In this document: positions 12,475 to 24,099 of the stretch, piece by piece
Position numbering within the stretch: position 1 is the first letter of the stretch
Layout: each line of letters begins with the position of its first letter
NCBI GenBank assembly: GCA_036172245.1
Contig: JAYWIR010000115.1
Coordinates: forward strand, 62,001-117,169
Direction of reading: 5' to 3'
Source of the DNA: Raillietiella orientalis
Lineage: Eukaryota
DNA: 55,169 bases
Program-made: the position numbers and the translations under genes
The notes under the pieces: model-generated
The model's input: the letters and a program-made list of their open reading frames with translations, nothing else
What the model was told of the DNA's origin: nothing
Databases searched by the model: none

Positions 12475-12925
12475 ATCTCTTGCGCTTGTTCTGCAGAGAT
12501 CACATGGATCTCTTGCATCAGCACAATGTCGTAGGACTCTAGCAGGGCAGCCATGTCTCGTCTCCTGCCGGCGTCTGTCATGCCGTTCACGTTCCAAAAG
12601 GCGATGCGCAGTCGACGGCGGGAGGAGATTCCCGCCATTACTGCTGGGAAGATTAAGGTGTGGGATAGCCCGCCTCTTGCGAGGCGGGCGGGATGTCCAT
12701 GAGGGTTTCGGCCTTCTCAGGCACCTGTTCGGCCTCCATCCCCTCCATCCCCTCCGTGTCCGTGCGTGGGAGTCTCTCGTGCGACGGGTCCCGCGAGTTT
12801 CCCACGCTCATGGCATCACACACGTCGGGGTGGTCATGGGTAAAAGGAGAAGGTCATCGGCATAGGCCGCCACAGACGGCGTACCTGGACAAGACCTCGG
12901 CAGGTTGGCCAGCGTCAGCCGGTAC
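12475..12925 (-). mobile_element. C-type element fragment (APE N-terminus + ORF1 tail) fused to a short RT (YADD) fragment
   Basis: IAFWNVNG...LMQEIHVISAEQAQEI cut at 12475; homologous to 49150-49480; 12825-12925 encodes YRLTLANL...AYADDLLLL. Confidence 0.8.
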
Positions 12926-13165
12926 GTGCAGACGTGTGTCCATGTTGCTCCCGTAGGTGACAGTTTAGTTGTGAAGTTCGTGAAATCTTCTGCAAGCATT
13001 TACGTTTATATTGTATTCCGTGTATCTTACGGAGTTATTTTACTTGTTCACAAGGAATCGTAGTGATACAGTGATTATTGTAGAGAATGAAAGGTCTCTT
13101 CTTTGGCCGTCCGCATCTGCTAGCGTCTAACTAGAAAGCTGTTGTTTGGCCAAGGTAAGACTTAC

Positions 13166-13396
13166 CCCAAGTTGCTTTGACCTCAATATTTTGGAACAAC
13201 CATTTAAGTTTTTTCAAAACTTCTTTTGGCGCTAAGTCGGCAGCAAAATTATCAGGGCAACGCCTGAATTGATTCACAATAGTTACTGTCGCATAGCATC
13301 CCAAGATCTCAACTCTTAATTTCGAGTTTGAATTCTCAATACAAGCAACAACTAGCACTTTCTGTGCTTTCTGCAATATTGTGTAAACCAAAATTT
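13166..13396 (-). other. Candidate host exon, unknown gene
   Basis: Open frame (ORF 13131-13391) bounded by ACTAAT...CAG acceptor and GTAAG donor; 231 nt, phase 1-1. Confidence 0.25.
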
Positions 13397-13440
13397 CTGA
13401 CCAATTAGTTAATTTTTCTTTTTATTTGCAATACTGAGTT

Positions 13441-15430
13441 TTAAAGATGGCGGGCCGACCACTTGACGCGCATATGGCAAACTCTTACCGCGCGCAGCGT
13501 AGCTGCAGTTGCGCCTGCACCCCCAACGCCGTGCTCGCATGCACTCCCGTACCTGCGTGCTTGCTCGTTTGTGGAAAATTCCCCGTTGCCCCGGTTACAT
13601 GAGAGCAACCACTCCTTGAAACCAAGTTCAAAAACAAACTTTGGAACCCGCCTTTTTAGACGCCGACCATGGTTTATACAGTTGCATTTCGCTTCCACGT
13701 CCTTGCCCATGCCCTATTCCTGACTGTAAATTTGCATCCTCAGCCGAAGAAAGGCACAATCGTTCCCGTAACCTGATGCACCATCTGAAACGTATACGTG
13801 GTGTAACTCCCCAAAATTCCACTTGCTTTTGCGCCCGATGCGAATTTACGAGGGACCTGTTCCACTATTCCCCCGACTCTCATAAATGTACCCACTCAAT
13901 TCGAAATGTGGAGCTTCCTCGTCTCCTGAAAAAACTTATATATCCGTGCTCGTCCTGTGCATCCAGCTTCCACCGTTAAAAAACCTCTACGCAAAAGCGG
14001 ACAACACACGACACATCAAGAACCAAGAAATCGTTACTATACGAAGTCTTTGACGAAGAACCTGGCACTAGTAACATGACAACGTACGAACACCCCATTG
14101 AAGACCAATCAGCGACTGTCAGCAAAATATTAAGCACCTACCAACCACCTCTCGATGCGACTCCTCAACGTCAACCTGACAACAAGGTGATTCCCGACCC
14201 ACAACTTGTATCAATGCCTGGACTGCAGGTTGGTGGAAAATAGCAATTGCTTCCTGCAGTCCAGGCATTGATACATTTTCCACCAACACAAAGACTCATT
14301 CCAACCTTTGCCTGCCGAAATTCTCTCACTGACTGATTCTTCCATCCCTGTGCAACTGGAAACACATCACGATGCCCAATCACCCCTGGATTCGCGTCAA
14401 ATGAATTCTACCCTGTCCTCTTCGTCACCGACATTTGCTGATGTGGAAAATCAGCCTCGCGTGATGCTCACGAAAATACACACGCCTAATGCGTCTTCTC
14501 CACGCTCCCCACCCTTCACCCAAACCTTCCTCACCATAAGCGGCAGTACATCTCCCATTAAAATGCGATTCCTCGGAAAGATTCCTGTGACGGCTCAAAG
14601 ATCATGCCCTGTTGAGCATGCTCCACCCACCATGCATAGCACCACACAATCAATTTCTGTTCCAATACTCAACAGAGAAGACAACCCATCACCTCCCACC
14701 TCGCAACCATTACATACTGCTGCTTCCTTGTCCCCCACATCTATACGGCGCAAAGGACCTTCTCCAAAATACAATCACAATCCAATACCACCTAGATTCC
14801 GTCCATCTCATCGTCAGTGTGTAGTAACCCACCTCTCGATCGCGCCCTTGCTACCTCTACTGTGTACTCACCCCCCACTCCCCATCCTACTACCCCCCAC
14901 TCACGGACATTCCACTTCCGCCTATAGGCAACAACGATGTAGCTCTTACATCTACCAACGTCCTTTCAGTGCAATTTCCCGTATCCCTTACCCTAAGCTG
15001 CATAATACCTTCCTGTCCCTGGAGAACACAAACTCTCGATGCCAGCAACACGCTTCGATCTCTCAAACGCCACTTAACCACTGCACACAAGCTACCTTTT
15101 CACAAGCACAAGTTGTAAGAAATCCAACTCGGATGTCTCCTATCCTACACACCACCACCCATGCTTTAAACACATCGCTCCCCTGCAGTTTTCCGTGGCA
15201 CTCCTTTCCTTCCAATGCACCATTCCCAACAGTAAAGCCACTTTTCCCTCAATGCGTGGATCATACAATCATACTCGATGGCACATGCGATTGCAAACTC
15301 AACACAAGAAGCCACTTCCTACACCACGTGCTCCTCCTTCGATACCCAAATTCAACCGTTTTGCTGTTGCTTCCTTGTCTCATCAGAAACAAAAACCGAA
15401 GCGGCATTCTGGAGGATTCCACAGAGTGAG
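13441..15430 (+). mobile_element. Degenerate zinc-finger N-terminus resembling R2/NeSL/Utopia-type retrotransposons
   Basis: CPIPDC..HLKRI, CARC..HKC, YPCSSC..F array (13641-13979), then a Pro/Ser/Thr-rich disrupted ORF; no RT seen. Confidence 0.45.
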
Positions 15431-16824
15431 TAAAAATAATGCTCCGTAATTGCGGGGATGGTGCACACATCACCGTTTCCGGTTATTGCAATGCCAGAAG
15501 AGGAATGGCTTATCCTTCCCGCGGAAAGAACTACGCAGGTAAATTGGTTCCTGTTGCCTACTGGTTGCAGTGCATCAAATGAAATCCCGGGAAAAGACGG
15601 ACCTTTGCTTTTACAAATCGGTGTTCTGATAGAAGGACAAACAAGACGGATCGGAAGCTCCGTACATCCATTGTAGCATCCAGTAGCATGAGGCTTTTCT
15701 TACATCTCCAGTTTGATTTGAGGACTTCGCTATCCAGAATCTGTCCCATGTTTCGAGACGAGTGGCCTGCTCCTCCGTGACATCGATCCGAGTGCCTTCT
15801 GTCCAAGAGCACACTGGGAAACTCGTCTTGCCAACGCACACTTCCTTAATGTTTTCCAGTGCCTCGGTGGAATCCGACAAACCGTGGCTTTGCATGGAGC
15901 GCGCATTGACTGATTGGATTTTGGCGAAACCCTCCCAGCTATGTGGCACACACCACGCGGCGCCCTCTCAGGAAAGAGGGAGTCCATGAAGGCAATTCAT
16001 GCACCACCGCTTCCGTGATCCGTGTGCAAGTCGAAAGATGCCTTCCGGCGCACTCTGAATTCCAGTTCTACCCACGTCAGCCAGCTTCCGCACTTGAAGA
16101 TACGTTCACACTTTTCACGCTAAGTGGTGGCGCTGACCTCACTCCTATTTCAGTCTGAGTTTAACTTTACGAAGAGGCATTGTCCCATCTGTGAAGGTGT
16201 TTCTCCTCTTTCGTTCGCTCCCCGTTTTCGTGATTTCCAAAGTTCCCTTACCACACTTTCCACAAAGAGAACTTCTTTCGTTGTAACTGCGAATATCATC
16301 ACGTACATTGATCCGTCTTCTCGATCCGTTCTCGAATTTTCAAGAGGTCACTTTACTGAGAGAAATCTGTATTGCTGCATGCTTTAATTCTCGAATCTTT
16401 TTTTTTTTCCTGCTTATGCTTTGCAAACATTTCCATATCTCTCACCGTGGCGTGCTGCGGACTGCAGTTTCAGGATTCATAATCTTCCGGTGCAGACTTC
16501 CGGTTTCTCCATTCACCGATTCCTTTTTTTGTAATCAATTTAAAGTATTTCAAGGATTTCGAATATTGAGTTACGGAAACTCGTGGAGAGGGCTCTATTT
16601 CTACTTTCCATTTTCATGCACATGGGACGGAGCGGTGACCTTCACGATAGCTAGCAGCAATTGGGGTGCACTCTGGAGGCACGAATCAGGCAGGGACCGG
16701 TCGCAGAAAGAATGGGTGCTGAGCAGTGTAATGGAGGCATTAAGCTTCACAAGAGCGCATGGGTTGCCGCTGGCATCGATAGTGATGAAGGACATGCTCT
16801 TTTCTTTTTTGTTTGGACGAGCCT

Positions 16825-17575
16825 TACGAATGTTTCGTGACATCGCATCAGCCAGCCCATTTCTCCTCGTGCTTCTAAAGCGACTCGAGAGCCATTCATC
16901 CACCCACTCGAGAGTAGTTAACCTAGCCTGACCTACCTGATTTGATTTTACCTAAACTGACTTGCAAAGGAAGTAGAAAAGATAAATCATATGGCTAACT
17001 GACGTACGTCGGGGAATCCGTACACTGTGGTCCACGCACCAAGTTCATGCTGACGCTCTTCAATCTCGCATCCAGAGGGATGCACATAGCAGCTTCCTCA
17101 GGTAACCACGTACTTACCGAACTGATGCTTTGCAAAGGCGATTCACGAGAAGGTCACGAGCTCGAGAATTCGGAGTCACGTTACTAAAGCGCACTCATCC
17201 GGAAGGAATGACGCGCACACATGTACCACGTGCATGTGGACCGTTCAGGAAACGAGGAACGCGTGATTTCGATGTAGGGTCTGAGCAACTCTGCCCCAGT
17301 GTATAGCGTACTGACTCGACCAATCCTCGGATTTATGGAACCAGGAAGATGAAACATAGAAACCAACGAGAGAAATAATCTCGGATGACATAGGGGGACT
17401 GCAGAGTTCTAATTGGTAAAAAGAATACTGTTCCCGTTACTCCGCATGTTTCTTTGTGCATCATTTTGCAGCATCCAGGCAGGGACTTTCCCTTGCCTAA
17501 TGCACAACTTGAGAGTCTCCTCACTGCATGCGTAGCTTGTGTGACGTCACGACAGCAACGTATCTGCCTGCAATC
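16825..17575 (-). repeat. Dispersed repeat, copy 1; probable decayed 3' end of a restriction-like-endonuclease non-LTR element
   Basis: Collinear with about 38780-39575 (shared ALGKGK peptide; identical 38-mer CACTCGAGAGTAGTTAACCTAGCCTGACCTACCTGATT). Confidence 0.6.
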
Positions 17576-19199
17576 TGAATTACCAGCCTAGAAAGGATCC
17601 AGCTATTGGAAGTTCATCTACAGAAGAAACCCGCATAGGAACCGCTTTTTGTTTGCTCCTCTGAAGAGAACCTCGGAGGGACGCTTCCCTTTTCTCTTTG
17701 GAGGACATTCCCCGAAAGGAACAGCACGCTTCTTCACACTCTGGAGAAACATCATCAATGCACTAGCTCCATGGAACGCGGCGGAGGGTCATCTTCCGAG
17801 GGGGAAGAGCGCATCTTTTGCACGAACGGACGGGACCTCCGAAGGGAACTGACCCTTTGGTTCCGTTTCTTGGAAGGACACTGTGGGGGTCGACTTCCAT
17901 TTTCCCAGCCACTTATCGGGGGCATCCGTTTTAACGGCCACCAGTGCTTCCTCCGGATGAATGTGAGAAAACCAGTGTAATCTTCCAGGAGGAACTCGAC
18001 TACACGACCCACTCATGTCTCGAAGTCGACTCTTGCCGACGATTCGAACCAGTAACGCTTGATACTACTCTTGGAGACGGTAAGCACACGTCCTCCGAAA
18101 CGGATGTGAGTGCTCCCGCGAACTTGGATTTTTCAAACTTCTTGCCCTGACTCTTCATTTGCAAGGATCTCCGGCCCTAATGTGCCTTATGCAATAACCG
18201 AAGGGCTCCCTCACATCCGTAGTAAAAAATATCTGGGAGTGTCCTCGTCAAATCTCTGAAGATGAAGCCTGATGCAAGACATTGATGAGAGCGAGGGTGC
18301 CCATAGGGAGAAAGTTGTTGTGTCGGCAGCGTCCTGGGTGGTGGTGATCTTTTTGTGCTGCAAAGATGAAGTCATTCACTCTTGCAAAAGGGCTTGTGTT
18401 GACCAAGGGTACTCTTAATTGCAAAGTAGGTCCAACAAACTGTATTTTTGGAGTTCATGAAGCAATTTCAACGATTCGGGATGCGCCTGGTGACTTCCGA
18501 GAACCGAGGACGCTTGGTGGCGATACGTGGATCGAAAGGTTGTAGCATGGGTGAGCCCCATGCTAATGTTTCTAGTAATCGTAAACGGGAGAAAGGCTTT
18601 CCCTAACGCTAAGGAGGAATCGATGGTGGTTTCTCTAGAAAGCATAACCCAACTATCAAAGTTCTGCATTGTTCATGCATTATGGCGCCAAATCATGCCA
18701 TGTTGGAGCCTTTTAAAGGTTAAACAGGCTAGCTTCAGCGAGCACAACCATGAAGAGTAGGTCGAGCATCCCAGAAAAACCACACGTGATGGAGGCTAAT
18801 TTGTCACAACAACCATGACAACATACGGTGATTAAGGAGAGTAGAAATCACAAAATAACGGCTACTTCAATATACATTACATGTCCGCTTAAAGAATGAT
18901 TGACTGCGCAGGTTTTATAAAGTTTTTCACATGTTTGGGAAGGATATGAAGGGAACGATATTCTACCAATATTCGATACACCATGAGATAACCGTAAGTT
19001 TTTCTTTTTCAATCGAAATCGTCGATAAGTGGCACGTGGACAAACCCAGATTTTGTGGGCTTCCTAAGATCACGTGACACCTAGAAAGGGTGTGACCGGA
19101 AGTCAAATATTCGCGCTGCAATAATCCAGACACACACAAGTTACTTGATAATCTGATACAGCTAGAAAAGTTGCACAGAAGGCACCCCAATAAGGAAAA

Positions 19200-21950
19200 A
19201 CACAGAGACCAAAGAGCTTCCTCGTGAGGGCAGTCCTACGCGCCGGAAAGTGCAACCGCTGCAACAGGCGCATCCTGAGGGCCGGACAACTCCTGGTAAG
19301 CACGCCCTTCTATGATGTTAAAGGCGACTGCATGGCTAACGGAGACTCGAAAGTTCTCAAGAAATACCGAAGAGGGAGAAGAGACTCCGTCTGGCGAGGC
19401 GTCCACGAGAGATAGAAGTGCGCAGGCGGTGAATGGGCTGGCAAGTGAGAGCACCCCTCTTGAACGCGAATTTCTCAAGCCGACGCTTCCGAAGTGAACC
19501 AGAACCTATCCCCCTCCAAAATAGAAACAAATCATCTCGGACGCGGAAGTCTATAGACAGCGATGCCGACTCCGAAGAAGAATGAGACGGCGGTGCTCCA
19601 TGGTTCCCAAGAAGGAACGGATTCGTAGTGAGGAAACTTCGGAAAAGGAATCTCCGACGCGTCCCTGGAGTAAGCGTGCAGGACACGCATTCCCGTGACT
19701 CTTTGCAGGACAAGAGGCATAGTCTACTGGTGGAATGAATGACCGCGATGCATCCAGGAAGCCACAGTAACACTAGCTGTGCATAGGACTGAGAGGTACA
19801 CCCGCCTCATAGGAAGGAGGGCACACTGGAATCTTCCCAGGTGCGACAGAAGAAACCTCATGGCTGCTTGGAACGAGGAGTTTCCATCATCATGCATTTG
19901 AAAGAGGTGCACAGGCTTCCCACGCGTATGATTTTGGGATCAAACCGTTCTTAGGAGGAACCGATGTGAAATGCGGCTCTGCACTCACTTGAGGAATCGA
20001 GTAGTCCCGTGATCTACACGCAGAGATGATGCAACGCGTTTGCTTCAACAAAGGTGGTCGGGTGATACAGCTGCTACTCCGGTGTTGTGACTCGATCGAC
20101 CTTGTCATAACAAAAGTCTATGCGTCCTGCGACTACCAACCCTATCGGAACCGAGTAAACTTTCCGAAGCACCTGCAACAAGACCGGCTGTAGTCGGCGC
20201 ACTCTAAGATTGCACTCATCAAAAGACGCTTGATGGCCGCCTGTACCCAAACTAATCTCACTTCCGGAGCCTGGGCTTGAAATTCAACGAAATGCATGCA
20301 GCGGGGCACACGTCAAACCTGTTATCAGACGAATATGGAATGTGCGACTCCATCAATAGCCAATTTCTTGACGACCACCTCTAATCGAAAGTGAGACGAC
20401 GAGGACAAATACGGTCTACCTTACCGGAACATCCCTGGGTCCAGCTTGATCTGGTTACTCTTGGAAAAAACCTTGAGACGGAGATCTGGAAAATTTCAAA
20501 AGTGACCCCGGATTTCCTACTGGCAGGTTTTGCTGAAAGAAGGGCGAGCGCGCAGCGAAGCCCCTTTAAAGGCGCGCACTTTCGGCAGACAGCTCTTTGC
20601 GAGATGACTCGTGGAATGCGGTACTTTACTGGGGAGAGACCTCTGGAAGCTGGATGCAGTAAACCTGCTAATCCCGGAAGGCCAAGTGCACTTCTCGCCG
20701 AAATTCACAAGACGTGCACAGCGAAAAACTGACTTCCACTTGTGCGTATGGACCCTTACCGATCATAGACATCCCTGCGCTGCCCTTATTGGAGGGCTGC
20801 AAACCACAGTTGTCCAAGGTGCGGATGGACGGCCCTTCATTCATTCAAACACTTTGAGGAAAAACTAGCATCCATGGAGCATCAGTCAACGCAGCTAATC
20901 CTGGAAGTCATCTAGGGTCTGTCTGCTGGCTGTCGGAGATGACATTGAAAAGACCTGCGCAGCATGAGCATCTGGAGTCCGCTTGCAATCATCAACACGG
21001 AGTCAGGTTGCTCTCCAAGGTGTGGACAGCTCAGATTCGTCAGTTGTCGGAATCCCTAATCAGTCCGGTGCCGACCCAGATCATAAATGCCAAGATGCTC
21101 CACACCCACGGCAGCCTAAACCAGCCCACGGCTGGTTTAGGCTGCCCGAAGAGGCTGCGATTGCTTTCGAAAATAGCAAGAGCTGCAAGATCCCACCCGA
21201 GAATTTAAGAGCACTGGCGGTCCCGGATGACCTTGAAAAGATTTTGGACTGCCTCCCTCAGGAGTTTTTACCCAGGATGCTGGAAACGGCTTGGCTTTCC
21301 ACTCAGTTTCCTCCGCAACTTGCTCCAGCTATGATGCAGGGAAGAGATTTGGAAAGCTTTCAGTTATCCTCTCACCAAGGGGGTTTAGGTCAAACGTGAA
21401 ATCAGAAAGGGAGACAGCTTGATGACGATGCCGCTCGAACTGATCTTTGAACTAGTGCTGAACGAGCAACCGCACACTCTTGACTGTCTCTGAGCGACTG
21501 TGCCAATACGCCTGGAATAGCGGGCCAACGTTGACGAATCGCTCCTTCTGCTAGCGCTATGAATCGCAGGCTTTTGGCGTAGCCAGGGACGCGAACTGGT
21601 CTTGAGAATTTTTGCAGGAAAGTTCCTCCATTACCTCGGTTTACCATGAGTTCATTCTCCCCAGGAGAAGTATGATTCGTCTGCTTGAAAAAGACAACGT
21701 GGCCTGGACCACTTTGGCGACAAGGGAATGTGCCTTTTAAGAGGGCAGCAGCGTGGCACATTTTTGCCGTGCTCGTTTTTGGTCCCTTTTTTTCGAGCAT
21801 CTTGTTGAAAGCTGGATGAGCCGTCATGTCGCCCACTTGAAGAAGCAAACCCTATGTGGCTTCTCCAGATCTAACTGCGATTGCAAGACTTGGTTACCCC
21901 TGCGAAGACGAGCACCTGAACTTATTCTTCGTCTATCAGAGGGAGGTGCA
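19200..21950 (+). pseudogene. Highly decayed L1/Tx1-type element related to families A/B
   Basis: DSIDLVITKVYA near 20090 matches the B1 APE (DSIDLVVTNVYA); ALAVPDDLEKILDCL near 21210 matches RT ALAVAVDLRKAFDCV. Confidence 0.65.
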
Positions 21951-23802
21951 GGCATCGTTCCGGATTTTGCAACTCTAGGTGAGACTGCGGATCACTCACT
22001 GGTGTCTTCTTTTAATTTTCAGGGGTTCTCTGCCTTTAGTCAGGTATCAGTCTTTCGCGGGAACTTTCTGAGTTTCTGAAACAATTCCAAGTAATGTATG
22101 ACAATAGCAAAGGAAGAAAATCATGAGCACACGATGTAAAGAGGCATTTCCTAGATTGCGTTCCCTAATACCCACGGTGAGCATTTCTTTATTTCGACTC
22201 ATAAATCAAGAAGCTATTCAATGACTAATGTTTTAGATCCAGAAGTATTAATTATCTGTTGAGAAGTCCATGAATGCGGACAGTTTAGTGCATTCCTCTC
22301 CTTTTCGTAGTTCCACTCTTTCAAGTGATGTCTAATTGGTCAAGTGGTCAACTAGCAAACGGAAGGCCAGCCAACAAGAAATTGATGTTTGACAAAGGAA
22401 CTGCTTCCTATTATCCTCTATCTTCTTCTGCTATCAACTCGAAATTTCTCTACCGATAATCACACAGCCTTCCCTTCCCATTTCTCAGTGTGGAGTCCCA
22501 TCACCGATCTACCTATTACAACAAAACCAATATGAAAAAAACTATTAGAAATTTCGTTCTTTAGAAAGGAAATGAACGAAATCCATAAAATCGGAAGTGC
22601 AGAGCAAAATAAGAAAGAAAAATGTAAAATCATGGGAAACTGAAAATGAGAAATGAAATGAAAAGGAAGCCATACTCATTCAAGTTTTAAGTAATACCTT
22701 CATAAAGGAGATCGATAATGTGAGAAAATACATTCCAAGCATGTTTCATTTCAGCTGACTGATTTCGTTCACAATCACCTCCAATATTTCTCAACTTCAT
22801 TTCAGCCTGATGGCAATGAAAAGTCACTTTTATAACCTTTCACGGCTGCTGGGCAGTCCCACCGACCCCACTAAAAGAAACACCAATGAAAGTCCCTTCA
22901 AAGTACACAACACTTGTCTGTCCTCAAGTAAATTAAGAAATGAATGAAGAATTCGAAGGCTAATTCGAAGGCTCGGTGGTGGTTACTGAAAATCAGTTGC
23001 ACCCAAATCAAAGTCGAGCTACGCTGCTGCGGGAATTTCAGCCACTACTCAAGGAAGAGTACGTCTTGAGGGATGCTGACCGACTGTCAATTGCAAAGAA
23101 GCAAATGTGAGGGCATGCTAGAGAGCCTTCTTTTCATTGGTTTCTTACCACTGGTGGAAGAAGAAACACAGTCAAGAATCAAGAGCGAACCTATTTTATC
23201 CATAAAAAAATCAAACCCTATCATAGGAAACATTCTGTCCCACGGAGGTGTCATTCAGAATATCGCTGGTGCATTCATAAGGACTTGTAATCTGCAGAGC
23301 AGTGATTAGGTTTCATAAAAAGGGAAGACAGAAGTACCGAATCTTGCATTTGTAATGTGTGCAGGTATTTATGCTGATAAAATCGAGAGGTGCCTCAGTT
23401 TATATAGGCAATTCTAAGGTCTGAAACTGTAACATAAATCAGCAAAACTTCGAAAAAACTTTGTTCTCATGGAGTAGCCCAAATATTCATAAACTTTGAA
23501 TCGAAATCATTGCCTGAATTTCGTATGTGCAGAAAATTGATGCATATGCAAAATTGCAATCCCATAAGAACTGTGGATAATAATCTGCACTTTCCTCGGG
23601 TAAATGTAAATTTTGTAAGCAATATGTAAACATATAAAAATGTTGTTCCTATTATGTTGTAAGCACTTGAAATCGAGCACGGTTTGAACTTTGGACAGTT
23701 TGTCACCAGTGGTTCTCAGTTGAAAATCGAAGCGCGGGAGGTTGGCACGCTGTTGGGGGAATTTGCTGGGAATTTACCGGCAAAAGGTGAAAGGGCGTGA
23801 AA

Positions 23803-24099
23803 ATGAACTCAAAAGGCAGTGAACCGAAAGTTCTTGTAATGTGTACCGGAAGTGTGGCAAGCATAAAAGTCCCGGAACTGGTGCGGGCTCTTGAGGAACG
23901 TTTGTCAGCTCATGTAAAAGTCGTTGCCACCGTGAACGCAGCAAAGTTTTTCTGCCTGGATGGCATCTATACAGATGATTTGGAATGGAAAACTTGGGAG
24001 AAGAGAGGAGATCCGATTCTGCACATTGATCTGCGCAACTGGTGCGACGTGGGGGTAATTGCACCCTTGGATGCAAACACTCTGGGAAAGATAGCAAAC
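23803..24099 (+). CDS. PPCDC: Phosphopantothenoylcysteine decarboxylase (HFCD flavoprotein), exon 1
   Basis: CTGSVASIK, W..RGDPILHIDLRNW (catalytic His) and IAPLDANTLGKIAN; GTAAGT donor at 24100. Confidence 0.93.

Noticed and set aside
16830..16880. Hammerhead-like (CTGATGCG...CGAAAC, minus strand) or HDV-like (CTCCTCGTG) ribozyme
   Set aside because: Core mismatch, no convincing stems, and not conserved in the second copy near 38790.
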